From contig CAVQCJ010000002.1 in the NCBI GenBank assembly GCA_963711005.1, positions 1,457,269-1,521,268 of the forward strand: a stretch of DNA of 64,000 nucleotides, in the 5' to 3' direction. Origin of the DNA: an uncultured Actinomycetota bacterium. GTDB lineage: Bacteria > Actinomycetota > Actinomycetes > Prado026. Shown in pieces: positions 29,738-43,460 of the stretch. The position numbers were made by a program, and so were the translations under genes. The notes beneath the pieces are model-generated. The model was not told the origin of the DNA. It did no database searches and was given only the letters and a program-made list of their open reading frames with translations. The number at the start of each line of letters is the position of its first letter. Positions within the stretch are counted from its first letter, which is position 1.

Positions 29738-29809
29738 CGCTTCACCTTCCAGATCGCTGCCCCCCAGCCCTTGGGAGGGTTCCCATGCAACGTTTCGCGA
29801 GGTGAAGCG
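29738..29809 (+). repeat. 72-bp terminal-inverted-repeat intergenic element, copy A (CGCTTCACC...TGGGAGGGTTCCCA-TGCAACGTTTCGCGA-GGTGAAGCG)
   Basis: Read directly from the sequence. It fills the purQ-purL intergenic space exactly, starting 2 nt after the purQ stop and ending 3 nt before the purL GTG. It contains the mini-ORF ATGCAACGTTTCGCGAGGTGA preceded by GGGAGGG. Confidence 0.7.
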
Positions 29810-29812
29810 GGC

Positions 29813-32076
<2,264 letters not shown>

Positions 32077-32114
32077 CCTCCCGCTCGGGCCCGGCCGGGG
32101 CTACCGTGCGCCCC

Positions 32115-33980
32115 ATGAGGACCACGGACGAGATGGCCGCATGGGTGCAGGGGCAGACCGTCACCGGGTGGTTCCGGGACGCGGTCCGGGAGCTGCCCGA
32201 CGAGGTGGCGCTGCGCGCCCGACGTCCGGACGGCGGCTGGGACGAGCACACCTGGGCCGAGGTCGGCCATGACGCGACGGTGCTCGCCGCGGCGCTCCGC
32301 GAGCTCGGCGTGCGGGCCGGGGACCGGGTGCTGCTGTTCGTGCGTAACCGGCCCGAGTTCCACGTCGCGGACCTGGCGGCGCTGCTGCTGCGCGCGGTGC
32401 CGGTAAGCCTGTACAACTCCAGCTCGGCCGAGCAGGTCGAGTACCTGGCCGGGCACTGCGACGCGCGCGTCGCGGTCGTGGACGGGCCCGGTTTCCTGGA
32501 GCGCGTGCTGGCCGGCCGAGACCGGCTGCCGGGGTTGCGCGCCGTCGTCACGGTGGACGACCCGGGCGAGCCCGGCGGGCCGCTCCCGGACGGCGTGCAC
32601 CGCTACCGGGACCTGCTGGCCGGGACCGGCGCGGGCGCCGGCGCGGTCGACGGGCCGGTCGACCTGGACACCGCCGCCGACGCGGCCCGCCAGGACGACC
32701 TGGTCACCGTCATCTACACCTCCGGCACGACCGGCCCGCCCAAGGGCGTGATGCTCGACCACGCCAACGTGGGCTGGCAGGTGGCCGGGTACACGGACCT
32801 CATCGGGGAGATCCAGCCCGGCATGCGCGCGGTCTCGTACCTGCCGATGGCGCACGTCGCCGAGCGGATGGTCACGCACTACGGCTGGCTGTACACCCGC
32901 TCGGTGGTCAGCTGCTGTCCCGACCTCACCCAGCTGGCCGGGTTCCTGGCCGAGGTGCACCCGCAGAACCTGTTCGGCCCGCCGCGGGTCTGGGAGAAGC
33001 TGCGGGCCGGCATCCTGGCCGCCGTCGCCGCCGCCGGGCCCGAGCGCGAGGCGGCGTTCGCGCAGGCCCTCGGGCTGGGCACGAAGGTGGCGCAGGCTCG
33101 ACACGAGTCCGGCGGCGGGCCGATCGCCGACGAGCTCGAGCAGATGTGGGCGGTGGTCGACACGCAGGCGTTCGCGCCGCTACGGCAGCGGACCGGCCTG
33201 GACCAGCTGCGGTACGGGTTCTCCGGCGCGGCGCCGCTGGCTCCCGAGGTGTTCGAGTTCTTCCGCGCGATCGGGCTGCCGTTCTCCGAGATCTACGGCA
33301 TGTCCGAGAACACCGGCGGCATGACCTGGACGCCGTACTTCGCAACCGCCGGCAACGTGGGCAAGCCGTACCCGGGCGCACAGGTACGCCTCGGCGACGA
33401 CGGCGAGGTGCTCTGCAGCGGCGGGATCGTGTCCCGCGGCTACCTCGACGACCCGGTGCGCACCGCGGAGACGTTCGACGCCGACGGCTGGCTGCACACC
33501 GGCGACATCGGCGAGTGGGACGCGGACGGCAACCTGCGCATCGTGGACCGCAAGAAGGAGCTGATCATCACCGCCGGCGGAAAGAACATCAGCCCGGCGA
33601 ACCTGGAGGCGCGGCTCAAGGCCTCCCCGCTGATCGGGCAGGCCGCGGTGGTCGGCGACAGCCGGCCGTACCTGGTCGCACTGCTCGTGCTCGACCCCGA
33701 GGTGACGCCGGCTTGGGCGGCTGCCCGCGGGGTGGAGGGCCGGACGCTCGCCGAGCTCGCCGGCGAGCCGCTGGTGCTCGCCGAGGTCGAGCGGGTGGTG
33801 ACCGAGGCCAACGGGCACGTCAGCGCGGTGGAGTCGATCCGGCGCTGGGCGGTACTCGGTGAGGAGTGGGAGCCGGACTCCGAGCAGCTCACCGCGACCA
33901 TGAAGCTGAAGCGGCGCGGCGTCCAGGCTGCGTACGCGGACCGGATCGACGCCCTGTACGCCGAGAACGTGCCCCGGTGA
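32115..33980 (+). CDS. AMP-dependent synthetase/ligase (long-chain fatty-acid--CoA ligase-like)
   Basis: AMP-binding motifs ([15 protein letters not shown]; YGMSENTG; [27 protein letters not shown]; LKRRG). Confidence 0.8.
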   Translation: MRTTDEMAAWVQGQTVTGWFRDAVRELPDEVALRARRPDGGWDEHTWAEVGHDATVLAAALRELGVRAGDRVLLFVRNRPEFHVADLAALLLRAVPVSLYNSSSAEQVEYLAGHCDARVAVVDGPGFLERVLAGRDRLPGLRAVVTVDDPGEPGGPLPDGVHRYRDLLAGTGAGAGAVDGPVDLDTAADAARQDDLVTVIYTSGTTGPPKGVMLDHANVGWQVAGYTDLIGEIQPGMRAVSYLPMAHVAERMVTHYGWLYTRSVVSCCPDLTQLAGFLAEVHPQNLFGPPRVWEKLRAGILAAVAAAGPEREAAFAQALGLGTKVAQARHESGGGPIADELEQMWAVVDTQAFAPLRQRTGLDQLRYGFSGAAPLAPEVFEFFRAIGLPFSEIYGMSENTGGMTWTPYFATAGNVGKPYPGAQVRLGDDGEVLCSGGIVSRGYLDDPVRTAETFDADGWLHTGDIGEWDADGNLRIVDRKKELIITAGGKNISPANLEARLKASPLIGQAAVVGDSRPYLVALLVLDPEVTPAWAAARGVEGRTLAELAGEPLVLAEVERVVTEANGHVSAVESIRRWAVLGEEWEPDSEQLTATMKLKRRGVQAAYADRIDALYAENVPR

Positions 33981-34366
33981 GCGAGCGCTCCGCGGCACGT
34001 TCACCCGGACAGCCCGACGAGCTGGCGCTCGGCCGGACCGCGGTGGCCGCGGCCGCCGCCGAGCTCGGGGCCGGCCGCGAGCCGGGGCCCGAGCTGCTCC
34101 GCGACGCGACCAGGGCCGGGCTCAGAGGGCTGGCCGCGAAGGCGCCGGGCCGCAGCGTCGAGGTACGGGTGCCGCCGTGGGGCGCCGTGCAGTGCGTGGC
34201 CGGGACCCGGCACACCCGCGGGACACCCGGAGCCGTGGTGGAGACCGACCCGGTCACGTGGGTGCGGCTGGCGGCCGGGACGGTGGCCTTCGCCGACGCC
34301 GTGGCCGACGGACGGGTGCGGGCCGGCGGCGAGCGCTCCGACCTGTCCGCCCTCCTCCCCCTCTGA
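33977..34366 (+). CDS. Sterol carrier (SCP-like) family protein
   Basis: 129 aa with a GTG start overlapping the upstream stop. The pattern [32 protein letters not shown]...[15 protein letters not shown] resembles the actinobacterial sterol-carrier family. Confidence 0.45.
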   Translation: MSERSAARSPGQPDELALGRTAVAAAAAELGAGREPGPELLRDATRAGLRGLAAKAPGRSVEVRVPPWGAVQCVAGTRHTRGTPGAVVETDPVTWVRLAAGTVAFADAVADGRVRAGGERSDLSALLPL

Positions 34367-34602
34367 CCCCTTCGAACCCCAGACGCGTACGAACAGTCGG
34401 GGAAGGGCGAGGTGGGGCGGCGCGCCGCGGGGACGACGGATCTGGCGGTTCAGGAGGCGTACGACAGTGGTTTTCCGCTCGATCCGGTAACGATCGCAAC
34501 GGAATCAGCCATGTATGGGGTCCACCGGCTCCGCCGGGGGAGTAGTGTCCGCGCATCCGTCAGGAGCCGTTCCACCAGCACGCATCCCCGAGGGAGCCGC
34601 CG

Positions 34603-35661
34603 ATGAGCCCGACCGCCGTGGGCGGGGCGGACGGGGTGGCGGTTCGGCTGCGGGCGCTCCGCAAGCAGTTCGGTGACGTGGTCGCCGTCGACGGGGTCGA
34701 CCTGGACGTCCTGGACGGTGAGTTCATCACGCTGCTGGGCCCGTCCGGCTCGGGCAAGACGACCGTGCTCCGGATGATCGCCGGCTTCGAGCTCCCGACC
34801 GGCGGCACGGTCGAGCTGGCCGGCCTCGACGTGACCCGCAAGGCGCCGTTCGAGCGCGACGTCAACACGGTCTTCCAGGACTACGCGCTGTTCCCGCACA
34901 TGACGGTCCGGGAGAACGTCGCCTACGGCCTGCGGGTGCGCGGCGTCGGCAGGTCCGACCGCAACCGCCAGGCCGACGAGGCGCTGGACAGCGTCCGCCT
35001 CGGCGAGTACGGCGCCCGCAAGCCGTCCCAGCTGTCCGGTGGTCAGCGGCAGCGGGTCGCGCTGGCCCGCGCCCTGGTCAACCGACCCAAGGTGCTGCTG
35101 CTGGACGAGCCGCTCGGTGCCCTCGACCTCAAGCTGCGCGAGCAGATGCAGGTGGAGCTCAAGGAGATCCAGCGCGGGGTCGGCATCACCTTCCTGTTCG
35201 TCACGCACGACCAGGAAGAGGCGCTGACCATGTCCGACCGCATCGCCGTCTTCAACCAGGGCCGGATCGAGCAGGTCGGCTCCCCGGCCGAGGTGTACGA
35301 GCGCCCGGCCACGCCGTTCGTGGCCGGCTTCGTGGGGACCTCCAACCTGCTCAGCGGCGCCGCGGCACAGACCGTGCTCGGCCGGCCGGGGGTGTGGTCG
35401 GTGCGCCCGGAGAAGATCCGGATCGCTCCGGCCGGCGAGCAGCCGGCGCCCGACGAGCACGCCGCCAGCGGTTCGGTGCGCGAGGTCGTGTACGTGGGCT
35501 CGGCCACCCGCTTCCTCGTCGACCTCGAGGCCGGCGCCGAGCTGATGGCGCTGCAGCAGAACCTGCAGACCTCGTCGATGGACGTCCAGCAGCTGCGCGG
35601 CTCGGCCGTGCAGCTCATCTGGAAGAAAGAGCACGAGTTCGAGGTGGCGGCTCAATCATGA
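34603..35661 (+). CDS. ABC transporter ATP-binding protein (PotA-like)
   Basis: Walker A GPSGSGKTT, ABC signature LSGGQRQRV, Walker B LLLDEP, and a C-terminal TOBE-like domain. Confidence 0.85.
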   Translation: MSPTAVGGADGVAVRLRALRKQFGDVVAVDGVDLDVLDGEFITLLGPSGSGKTTVLRMIAGFELPTGGTVELAGLDVTRKAPFERDVNTVFQDYALFPHMTVRENVAYGLRVRGVGRSDRNRQADEALDSVRLGEYGARKPSQLSGGQRQRVALARALVNRPKVLLLDEPLGALDLKLREQMQVELKEIQRGVGITFLFVTHDQEEALTMSDRIAVFNQGRIEQVGSPAEVYERPATPFVAGFVGTSNLLSGAAAQTVLGRPGVWSVRPEKIRIAPAGEQPAPDEHAASGSVREVVYVGSATRFLVDLEAGAELMALQQNLQTSSMDVQQLRGSAVQLIWKKEHEFEVAAQS

Positions 35662-35705
35662 GCCGGCGCCGGGAGAGCAACACCATCACGGAACGGAGGT
35701 TGCAG

Positions 35706-36920
35706 ATGCGCACCAAGCGTCTGCTCACGATCGGGACCGCGGGTGTCGTGGTGGCGTTGCTGGCCGCTGCCTGCGGGTCCAGCAGCAGCGGTGGCAGCGG
35801 CGGCGGCACCGGGAGCCGGGCCAAGCCGCCGTCGATGACCGCGCTCAAGAGCCTCGGCGCCGGTGAGGGTGCCGTCAACATCCTCGCCTGGGCCGGGTAC
35901 GCGGAGAACGGCACCAACGACCCCAAGGTCAACTGGGTCACGCCGTTCGAGCAGAAGACGGGCTGCAAGGCCAACGTCCAGGTGGCGAACACCTCCGACG
36001 AGATGTTCGAGAAGATGGGCACCGGCGAGTTCGACGTCGTGTCCGCCTCGGGTGACTCGTCGCTGCGCATGATCTACGCGGGCAAGGTCGCGCCGGTCAA
36101 CACCGACCTGCTCACCAACTACCCCGACATCGTGCCGTTCATGAAGATGCAACGGTGGAACTCCGTCGGCGGCGTGGCCTACGGCATGCCGCACGGCTGG
36201 GGTGCGCAGCTGATGGCGTACCGCACCGACATCGTCAAGCCGGCCCCGGACTCCTGGAGCCTGGTCTACGACCCGTCCTCGCCGTACAAGGGCAAGATCA
36301 CGATGTACGACTCGCCGACGGACGGGATCGCAGCCGCGGCTGTCTACCTGATGGCCACCAAGCCCGACCTCGGCATCAAGGACCCGTACGCGCTGGACCA
36401 GAAGCAGTTCGACGCGGCGGTCGGCCTGGTCAAGGCGACCAAGCCTCAGGTCGGCTCGTTCTGGGCTGCGTACGCCGACGCCCAGAAGGCGCTGGAGAAC
36501 GGGTCGACGGTGATCGGCTCGACGTGGCAGATCATCGTGAACCTGGCCCAGGGCGACAAGGCACCGGTCGACTCGGTCCTGCCCAAGGAGGGCGCGACCG
36601 GCTGGGCCGACACCTGGATGATCGACGCGAAGTCGCCGCACCCGAACTGCACGTACATGTGGATGAACTGGATCACGAACCCGGACATCCAGGCGCAGGT
36701 CGCGGCGTGGTTCGGCGAGGCTCCCGCCAACCCGAAGGCGTGCGCGCTGACCGACCCCAAGGACCTCTGCGCGACGTACCACGCGACCGACGAGACGTAC
36801 TTCAAGAAGATCTGGTTCTGGGCCACTCCGCAGAGTGACTGCCTCGACGGTCGCAACGACGTCAAGTGCATTCCCTACTCGCAATGGGCGAAGTCCTGGA
36901 GCGACCTGCGCAACGGCTGA
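35706..36920 (+). CDS. ABC transporter substrate-binding lipoprotein (PotD/PotF-like)
   Basis: Lipoprotein signal MRTKRLLTIGTAGVVVALLAAACGS, RBS GGAGGT, and a periplasmic binding protein family-1 layout. Confidence 0.8.
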   Translation: MRTKRLLTIGTAGVVVALLAAACGSSSSGGSGGGTGSRAKPPSMTALKSLGAGEGAVNILAWAGYAENGTNDPKVNWVTPFEQKTGCKANVQVANTSDEMFEKMGTGEFDVVSASGDSSLRMIYAGKVAPVNTDLLTNYPDIVPFMKMQRWNSVGGVAYGMPHGWGAQLMAYRTDIVKPAPDSWSLVYDPSSPYKGKITMYDSPTDGIAAAAVYLMATKPDLGIKDPYALDQKQFDAAVGLVKATKPQVGSFWAAYADAQKALENGSTVIGSTWQIIVNLAQGDKAPVDSVLPKEGATGWADTWMIDAKSPHPNCTYMWMNWITNPDIQAQVAAWFGEAPANPKACALTDPKDLCATYHATDETYFKKIWFWATPQSDCLDGRNDVKCIPYSQWAKSWSDLRNG

Positions 36921-36929
36921 CCAGGGGCG

Positions 36930-36975
36930 CGTGTCAGACCGAGGACGGGCCGTAGCCCAGCCTCGGTCTGACACG
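36930..36975 (+). promoter_or_regulatory. Intra-operon hairpin: 15-bp perfect inverted repeat CGTGTCAGACCGAGG / CCTCGGTCTGACACG with a 16-nt loop, between the binding-protein and permease genes
   Basis: Read directly from the sequence; it may act as a partial terminator or mRNA stabiliser. Confidence 0.4.
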
Positions 36976-36992
36976 GCGCCAGGAGGACGTCG

Positions 36993-37910
36993 ATGAGTAC
37001 TGCCACGCAGGCGCCGCCGGCCGAGTCGGTGCCGCCGCTGCCGTCGTCATCGCGGCGGCGGCTGTCGTCGTCGCTGTTCCGGCACGCCCGGGTCCGGCTC
37101 GGCGCCCTGCTCGCCCTGCCGATGCTGTGGCTGGTCGCGGTCTACTTCGCCGCCCTGTTCTCCCTGCTCGCGACCGCGTTCTTCTCGGTGGACGAGTTCA
37201 CCAACGAGGTCGTGCACACCTTCACCACCCAGAACGTCATCGACGTCTTCACCGACCCCGTCTACATCAACGCGGCCCTGCGCACCGTCGGCATCGCCGC
37301 CAGCGTGACCGTCATCTGCGCCGTGCTCGGGCTCCCGATGGCCTTCTTCATGGCCAAGATCGCCTCGCCGCGGTGGCGCAAGCTGCTGGTCGCGCTCGTG
37401 ATCACTCCGCTGTGGGCGTCGTACCTGGTGAAGGTCTACGCCTGGCAGGCGATGGTCCAGCCGGAGTCCGGCGTGCTGGCGTGGTTCCTCAAGCCGATCG
37501 GCCTGAACGGTCCCGGCTACGGCGCGGTGGCCGTCATCCTCACCCTGTCGTACCTGTGGCTGCCGTACATGATCCTGCCCATCTACGCCGGGCTCGAGCG
37601 GCTGCCGGACTCGCTGCTCGAGGCGTCCGGCGACCTCGGCGGCCGGCCCTGGCGCACGTTCCGTTCGGTGGCGCTGCCGCTGGTGTACCCGTCGATCGTG
37701 GCCGGCTCGATCTTCACCTTCTCGCTCAGCCTCGGCGACTACATCACCGTGCAGATCGTCGGCGGCAAGCTGCAGATGCTCGGCAGCATCGTCTACCAGA
37801 ACTACGCGGCCAACCTGCCGTTCGCGGCGGCGATCGCTCTGATCCCGGTCATCATCATGCTGGTGTACCTGGCCGCGGTCCGGCGCACCGGCGCGCTGGA
37901 GAACCTGTGA
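36993..37910 (+). CDS. ABC transporter permease (PotB-like)
   Basis: Polytopic membrane protein with the EAA-like loop LERLPDSLLEASGDLGGRPWRTF. Confidence 0.8.
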   Translation: MSTATQAPPAESVPPLPSSSRRRLSSSLFRHARVRLGALLALPMLWLVAVYFAALFSLLATAFFSVDEFTNEVVHTFTTQNVIDVFTDPVYINAALRTVGIAASVTVICAVLGLPMAFFMAKIASPRWRKLLVALVITPLWASYLVKVYAWQAMVQPESGVLAWFLKPIGLNGPGYGAVAVILTLSYLWLPYMILPIYAGLERLPDSLLEASGDLGGRPWRTFRSVALPLVYPSIVAGSIFTFSLSLGDYITVQIVGGKLQMLGSIVYQNYAANLPFAAAIALIPVIIMLVYLAAVRRTGALENL

Positions 37911-37929
37911 CGACGCGGGCGGTGGCGCG

Positions 37930-38739
37930 ATGACGCTGTCCCGGCGGGTGCGCTGGCTGTTCGCGCTGGCGATGCTGTTCGGCCTCGGGTTCATCTACGT
38001 GCCGCTGTTCATCGTCGTGGTCAACTCGTTCAACGCCAGCAAGGTCTTCGCCTGGCCCCCGCGCGAGTACACGCTGCACTGGTGGAGCGCGGTCTTCCAG
38101 AACGACGGGGTGCGCGCGGCGGTCGTCACCTCGGTCCAGGTCGGGCTGGTGGCCACTGCCATCGCTCTGGTGCTGGGCACCTTGCTGGCGTTCGGACTGA
38201 GCCGGTACACGTTCTTCGGCCGGCAGACCGTGTCCCTGCTGGTCGTGCTGCCGATCGCACTTCCGGGCATCGTGACCGCGCTCGCCTTCCGGACCGCTTT
38301 CCGGACCATCCTCAACGTCGAGCTGTCGCTGTGGACGGTGGCGGCCTCGCACGCGACCTTCTGCATCGTCGTGGTGTTCAACAACGCGATCGCCCGGCTG
38401 CGCCGGATGGGGACGACGCCGGAGGAGGCGTCGATGGACCTCGGCGCCGACACGTTCACGACGTTCCGGCTGGTCACGCTGCCGCTGCTGCGCGGCGCCC
38501 TGCTGGCCGGTGCGCTGCTGGCGTTCGGGCTGTCCTTCGACGAGATCGTGGTGACCCTGTTCACCGCGCCGCCGGGGGTCACGACGTTGCCCATCTGGAT
38601 CTTCGAGCAGCTGTTCCGGCCGAACCAGGGCCCGGTCGTCAACGTGGTTGCCGCGTGCCTGGTCGTCCTGTCGATCTTCCCGATCTACCTCAGCCAGCGG
38701 CTCGCGGCCGACAGCACCACCCCTGGCGGCCGCCTCTAG
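37930..38739 (+). CDS. ABC transporter permease (PotC-like)
   Basis: Polytopic membrane protein with the EAA-like loop EEASMDLGADTFTTFRLVTLP. Confidence 0.8.
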   Translation: MTLSRRVRWLFALAMLFGLGFIYVPLFIVVVNSFNASKVFAWPPREYTLHWWSAVFQNDGVRAAVVTSVQVGLVATAIALVLGTLLAFGLSRYTFFGRQTVSLLVVLPIALPGIVTALAFRTAFRTILNVELSLWTVAASHATFCIVVVFNNAIARLRRMGTTPEEASMDLGADTFTTFRLVTLPLLRGALLAGALLAFGLSFDEIVVTLFTAPPGVTTLPIWIFEQLFRPNQGPVVNVVAACLVVLSIFPIYLSQRLAADSTTPGGRL

Positions 38740-38790
38740 GCGACGGCGCCGGGGCTCAAGGCGCGCGCCGCAACTGCCGACGCGCTTGCC

Positions 38791-39849
38791 ATGAGCGCGG
38801 GGTTGAGCGGCACTGCGGTACCCGCGACGGCTCCGGTGGACGAAGGCCCTGCGGGTGGGGCCCGCACCCCGGGACGCGTCGCCGCGCTGGACGGTGTCCG
38901 CGGCGTGGCCATCCTGCTGGTCCTGGTGGGTCACGCGCTGCCCAGGTTCTGGGTCCTGTCGGCCACCGGGGTGACGGTCTTCTTCGCCCTCTCCGGCTAC
39001 CTGATCACCGGGATCCTGCTCCGCGAGCACGGGCGGACCGGCCGGCTGCCGCTGCGCACGTTCTACCTGCGCAGGTTCTTCCGGCTGGCTCCGACCTTGC
39101 TGCTCGTGCTGTCGGTGACGGTGGTCTGGTGCCTGGCGTGGCACGTGTACACCGCGACCCTGGCCCAGGACACCGTCCAGGTGCTCACCTACCGGGCGAA
39201 CTGGGGGGTCGAGCAGGGCGACTTCACCCTGCCGCTCGCGCAGACGTGGTCGCTGTCGGTCGAGGAGCAGTTCTACCTCGTGTGGCCGGTCCTGATCCTC
39301 CTGCTCGGGACGCGGCGCCCCCGGCTGGTCGCCACGGCTGCGCTCCTGGGCGCGGTCAGCCTCGTCTGGCGGGTCGCCATCGCCGGCACCTCGCTCCTGC
39401 CCGTCGTGTACGGGAGCGTCAGCGTCGCTTTCGCGTTGTTCGCCGGCTGCCTGGTCGCGTGCCTGAGCGCGCGGACGGTCGCGCGGTGGACCCGCCCCGC
39501 TCTGGCTGTCGCCGCCGGTCTACTGGTCGCCGGCCTGGCCGCGTGCACGGCCCTGCACACCCCGACCGCGATGGCCGTGGCCGTGCTCCTCCCGCTGGTC
39601 GCCCTGGTCACGGCGCTGGCCCTGCCGGACATGCCGCTGCCCAGGGTGGCGTCGTGGCGGCCGCTGGTCTGGTTCGGGGGCATCTCGTACGCGTTGTACC
39701 TGTGGCAGACGCCGGTCGAGTACAACGGGCTGGCCGCCTTCCGCGGCGGCACGCCGTGGTGGCTCGTGGTCGGCGTGGCGGTGGCCCTGGCCTGGCTGAC
39801 GACCAGGTACTTCGAACGGCCCCTCACGGCGTTCGGCCGCCGTCTCTGA
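38791..39849 (+). CDS. Acyltransferase family 3 membrane protein
   Basis: Ten or more predicted TM helices, the LDGVRGVAILLV motif and the conserved FFxLSG pattern. Confidence 0.75.
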   Translation: MSAGLSGTAVPATAPVDEGPAGGARTPGRVAALDGVRGVAILLVLVGHALPRFWVLSATGVTVFFALSGYLITGILLREHGRTGRLPLRTFYLRRFFRLAPTLLLVLSVTVVWCLAWHVYTATLAQDTVQVLTYRANWGVEQGDFTLPLAQTWSLSVEEQFYLVWPVLILLLGTRRPRLVATAALLGAVSLVWRVAIAGTSLLPVVYGSVSVAFALFAGCLVACLSARTVARWTRPALAVAAGLLVAGLAACTALHTPTAMAVAVLLPLVALVTALALPDMPLPRVASWRPLVWFGGISYALYLWQTPVEYNGLAAFRGGTPWWLVVGVAVALAWLTTRYFERPLTAFGRRL

Positions 39850-39905
39850 TCTCCGGCTGCGGCCTCCGAGGTGAAGGCCCGGCCGGACCGCGCCGATCCC
39901 TAGCT

Positions 39906-40538
39906 GTGCGGTTGATCGTCGTCGTGGTCCTGCTCGCCGGCGCCGGGGTGCTCGGCGTCCGGCAGGCGATGGGTCACGCCCACCGGCTCGCGCTCACGCT
40001 CGTGCTGCTCCCCGGCCTGCTGCTGGGCATGTTCGAGTTCGAGAACCACCGGGCGAACGACCTCATGACACACACCGCGTCGGTGCTCGCCGGACGCGAC
40101 GTCCACGTCACCTGCCAGCGGCTCAGCGGGGCGTTCGTGGACGCCGGCGCGGAGCTGGGCTACGTCGCCTACGACGGTCCGGGCGGGCGGCCCGGCGACG
40201 AGACCGTGATCAAGTACGACACCTGTCAGGCCCTGTACGACTGGATGGGCTCGGACAAGCAGGACCCGTCCCAGATGGAGGTGGTCGCCGTGCACGTGCT
40301 GGCGCACGAGTCCGAGCACCTGGCCGGCGTCACCAGCGAGAGCGTCGCCGAGTGCTACTCCGTGCAGACCACCGAGCGCACCGCCGTACTCCTCGGCGCG
40401 ACGCCGTCGCAGGCCAGGAAGCTGGCCCTGCGCTATGCCATCGAGGTCTACCCGCTGATGCCCGACGACTACCGCAGCGACGAGTGCCACGACGGGGGAC
40501 GGCTCGACCTGCACCCGGACTCGCCCCGCTGGCCCTGA
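39906..40538 (+). CDS. Hypothetical membrane-anchored protein with an HExxH (HESEH) motif
   Basis: N-terminal hydrophobic segment, several Cys, and a VLAHESEHLAG zinc-metalloprotease-like motif. Start uncertain (GTG 39906 or ATG 39969). Confidence 0.4.
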   Translation: MRLIVVVVLLAGAGVLGVRQAMGHAHRLALTLVLLPGLLLGMFEFENHRANDLMTHTASVLAGRDVHVTCQRLSGAFVDAGAELGYVAYDGPGGRPGDETVIKYDTCQALYDWMGSDKQDPSQMEVVAVHVLAHESEHLAGVTSESVAECYSVQTTERTAVLLGATPSQARKLALRYAIEVYPLMPDDYRSDECHDGGRLDLHPDSPRWP

Positions 40539-40590
40539 CCGCGGCCGGGGCTGACCGGCCCGGCCGCACCCGGCAGGTAGACTCGCACCC

Positions 40591-42143
40591 GTGCCACGTG
40601 GCGACGGTCGGCTCAACCACGACCTGCTCCCCGGCGAGAAGGGTCCGCAGGACGCCTGCGGGGTCTTCGGTGTCTGGGCCCCCGGCGAAGAGGTCGCCAA
40701 GCTCACGTACTTCGGGCTGTACGCACTGCAGCACCGCGGCCAGGAGTCGGCCGGCATCGCCGTCAGCGACGGCTCGCAGATTCTGGTCTACAAGGACATG
40801 GGCCTGGTCGCGCAGGTGTTCGACGAGTCGCACCTGTCCTCGCTGCAGGGGCATCTGGCCATCGGGCACTGCCGGTACTCGACCACCGGGTCGAGTGTCT
40901 GGGAGAACGCGCAGCCGACCTTCCGCGCGACCGCGACCGGCTCGATCGCGCTGGGCCACAACGGGAACCTGACCAACACCGGCGAGCTGTTCCGCGAGGT
41001 CGAGCAGCTGCGGCCCGAGCGCGGTGAGCTGGCCCTGTACGGCACCCCGCCGATCCGCTCCACCAGCGACACAGACCTGCTCGCCACGCTGCTCGCCTCG
41101 CACCCGGACCTGTCCCTGGAGGCGGCCGCGCTCGAGGTCCTCCCGACCGTTCGCGGGGCGTTCTCGCTGGTGTGGATGGACGAGACCACGCTGTACGCGG
41201 CCCGCGACCCGCAGGGCGTGCGCCCGCTCGTCCTCGGACGGCTGGAGCGGGGCTGGGTCGTGGCATCGGAGACCGCCGCGCTGGACATCATCGGCGCCTC
41301 GTTCGTCCGCGAGGTCGAGCCCGGGGAGCTGGTGGCCGTGGACGAGCACGGGCTGCGGACCCGGCGGTTCGCCGCGGCCGAGCCCAAGGGCTGCCTGTTC
41401 GAGTACGTCTACCTGGCCCGCCCCGACACCGCGATCAGCGGCCGCAGCACGCACGCGGCCCGGGTCGAGATGGGCCGGCGGCTCGCCAAGGAGGCGCCGG
41501 TCGAGGCCGACCTGGTCATCCCGGTGCCCGAGTCCGGGACTCCGGCGGCGATCGGCTTCAGCCAGATGTCCGGGATCCCGTTCGGCATGGGACTGGTCAA
41601 GAACTCCTACGTCGGGCGGACGTTCATCCAGCCCTCGCAGACGATCCGCCAGCTGGGCATCCGGCTCAAGCTCAACCCGCTGCGCGAGGTGATCTCCGGC
41701 CAGCGCCTGGTCGTGGTCGACGACTCGATCGTTCGCGGCAACACCCAGCGCGCCCTGGTACGCATGCTGCGCGAGGCGGGCGCCGCCGAGGTGCACGTGC
41801 GGATCTCCTCCCCACCGGTGAAGTGGCCGTGCTTCTACGGCATCGACTTCGCGTCGCCGGCCGAGCTGGTCGCGAACGGCCTGACCGTGGACGAGATCCG
41901 GCTGTCCATCGGTGCGGACTCGCTGGCGTACATCTCGCTGGAGGAGCTGGTGGCCGCGACGACCGTGCCGGCCGAGCGGCTGTGCCGGGCGTGCTTCGAC
42001 GGTGTCTACCCGATCGCACTCCCGGAGCCGGAGCTGCTCGGCAAGCACCTGCTGGAAGGGCTGGAGCGGACTGTCGCGACCGACGCCGAGGGGCTGCCGA
42101 GCCTGGTCGGCGGCGGCGGCGCCGGGGACGCGCTGTCCCGCCC

Positions 42144-42147
<4 letters not shown>
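40591..42147 (+). CDS. purF: Amidophosphoribosyltransferase
   Basis: Ntn-Cys in CGVFGV, PRTase motif VVVDDSIVRGNT, and C-terminal Cys ligands. Confidence 0.9.
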
Positions 42148-43214
<1,067 letters not shown>

Positions 43215-43217
43215 CAG

Positions 43218-43460
43218 TCAGCGGCCGCTGCGGGCCGAGCTGTCGAGGTCTTCCTCGTCGTCGTCCTCGTCCGCGTCGTACTCCGCGTACGGGTCGTCGT
43301 CCTCGTCGGCGTCGACATCGGCGTCGATCTGCTCCGGTGGACCTGCGGGGCGTTCCCCCGCGAGCTCAGCGCGCAGCGCGTCAAGGTCGGTCCCGTGCGA
43401 GCTGTACTTCAGCTCGCGGGCCACCTTGGTCTGCTTGGCCTTGGCCCGGCCGCGCCCCAT
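43218..43460 (-). CDS. DUF3073 domain protein
   Basis: 80 aa with a basic N-terminus (MGRGRAKAKQTKVARELKY) and an acidic tail. Its location next to purM is conserved across actinobacteria. Confidence 0.75.
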   Translation of the reverse strand: MGRGRAKAKQTKVARELKYSSHGTDLDALRAELAGERPAGPPEQIDADVDADEDDDPYAEYDADEDDDEEDLDSSARSGR

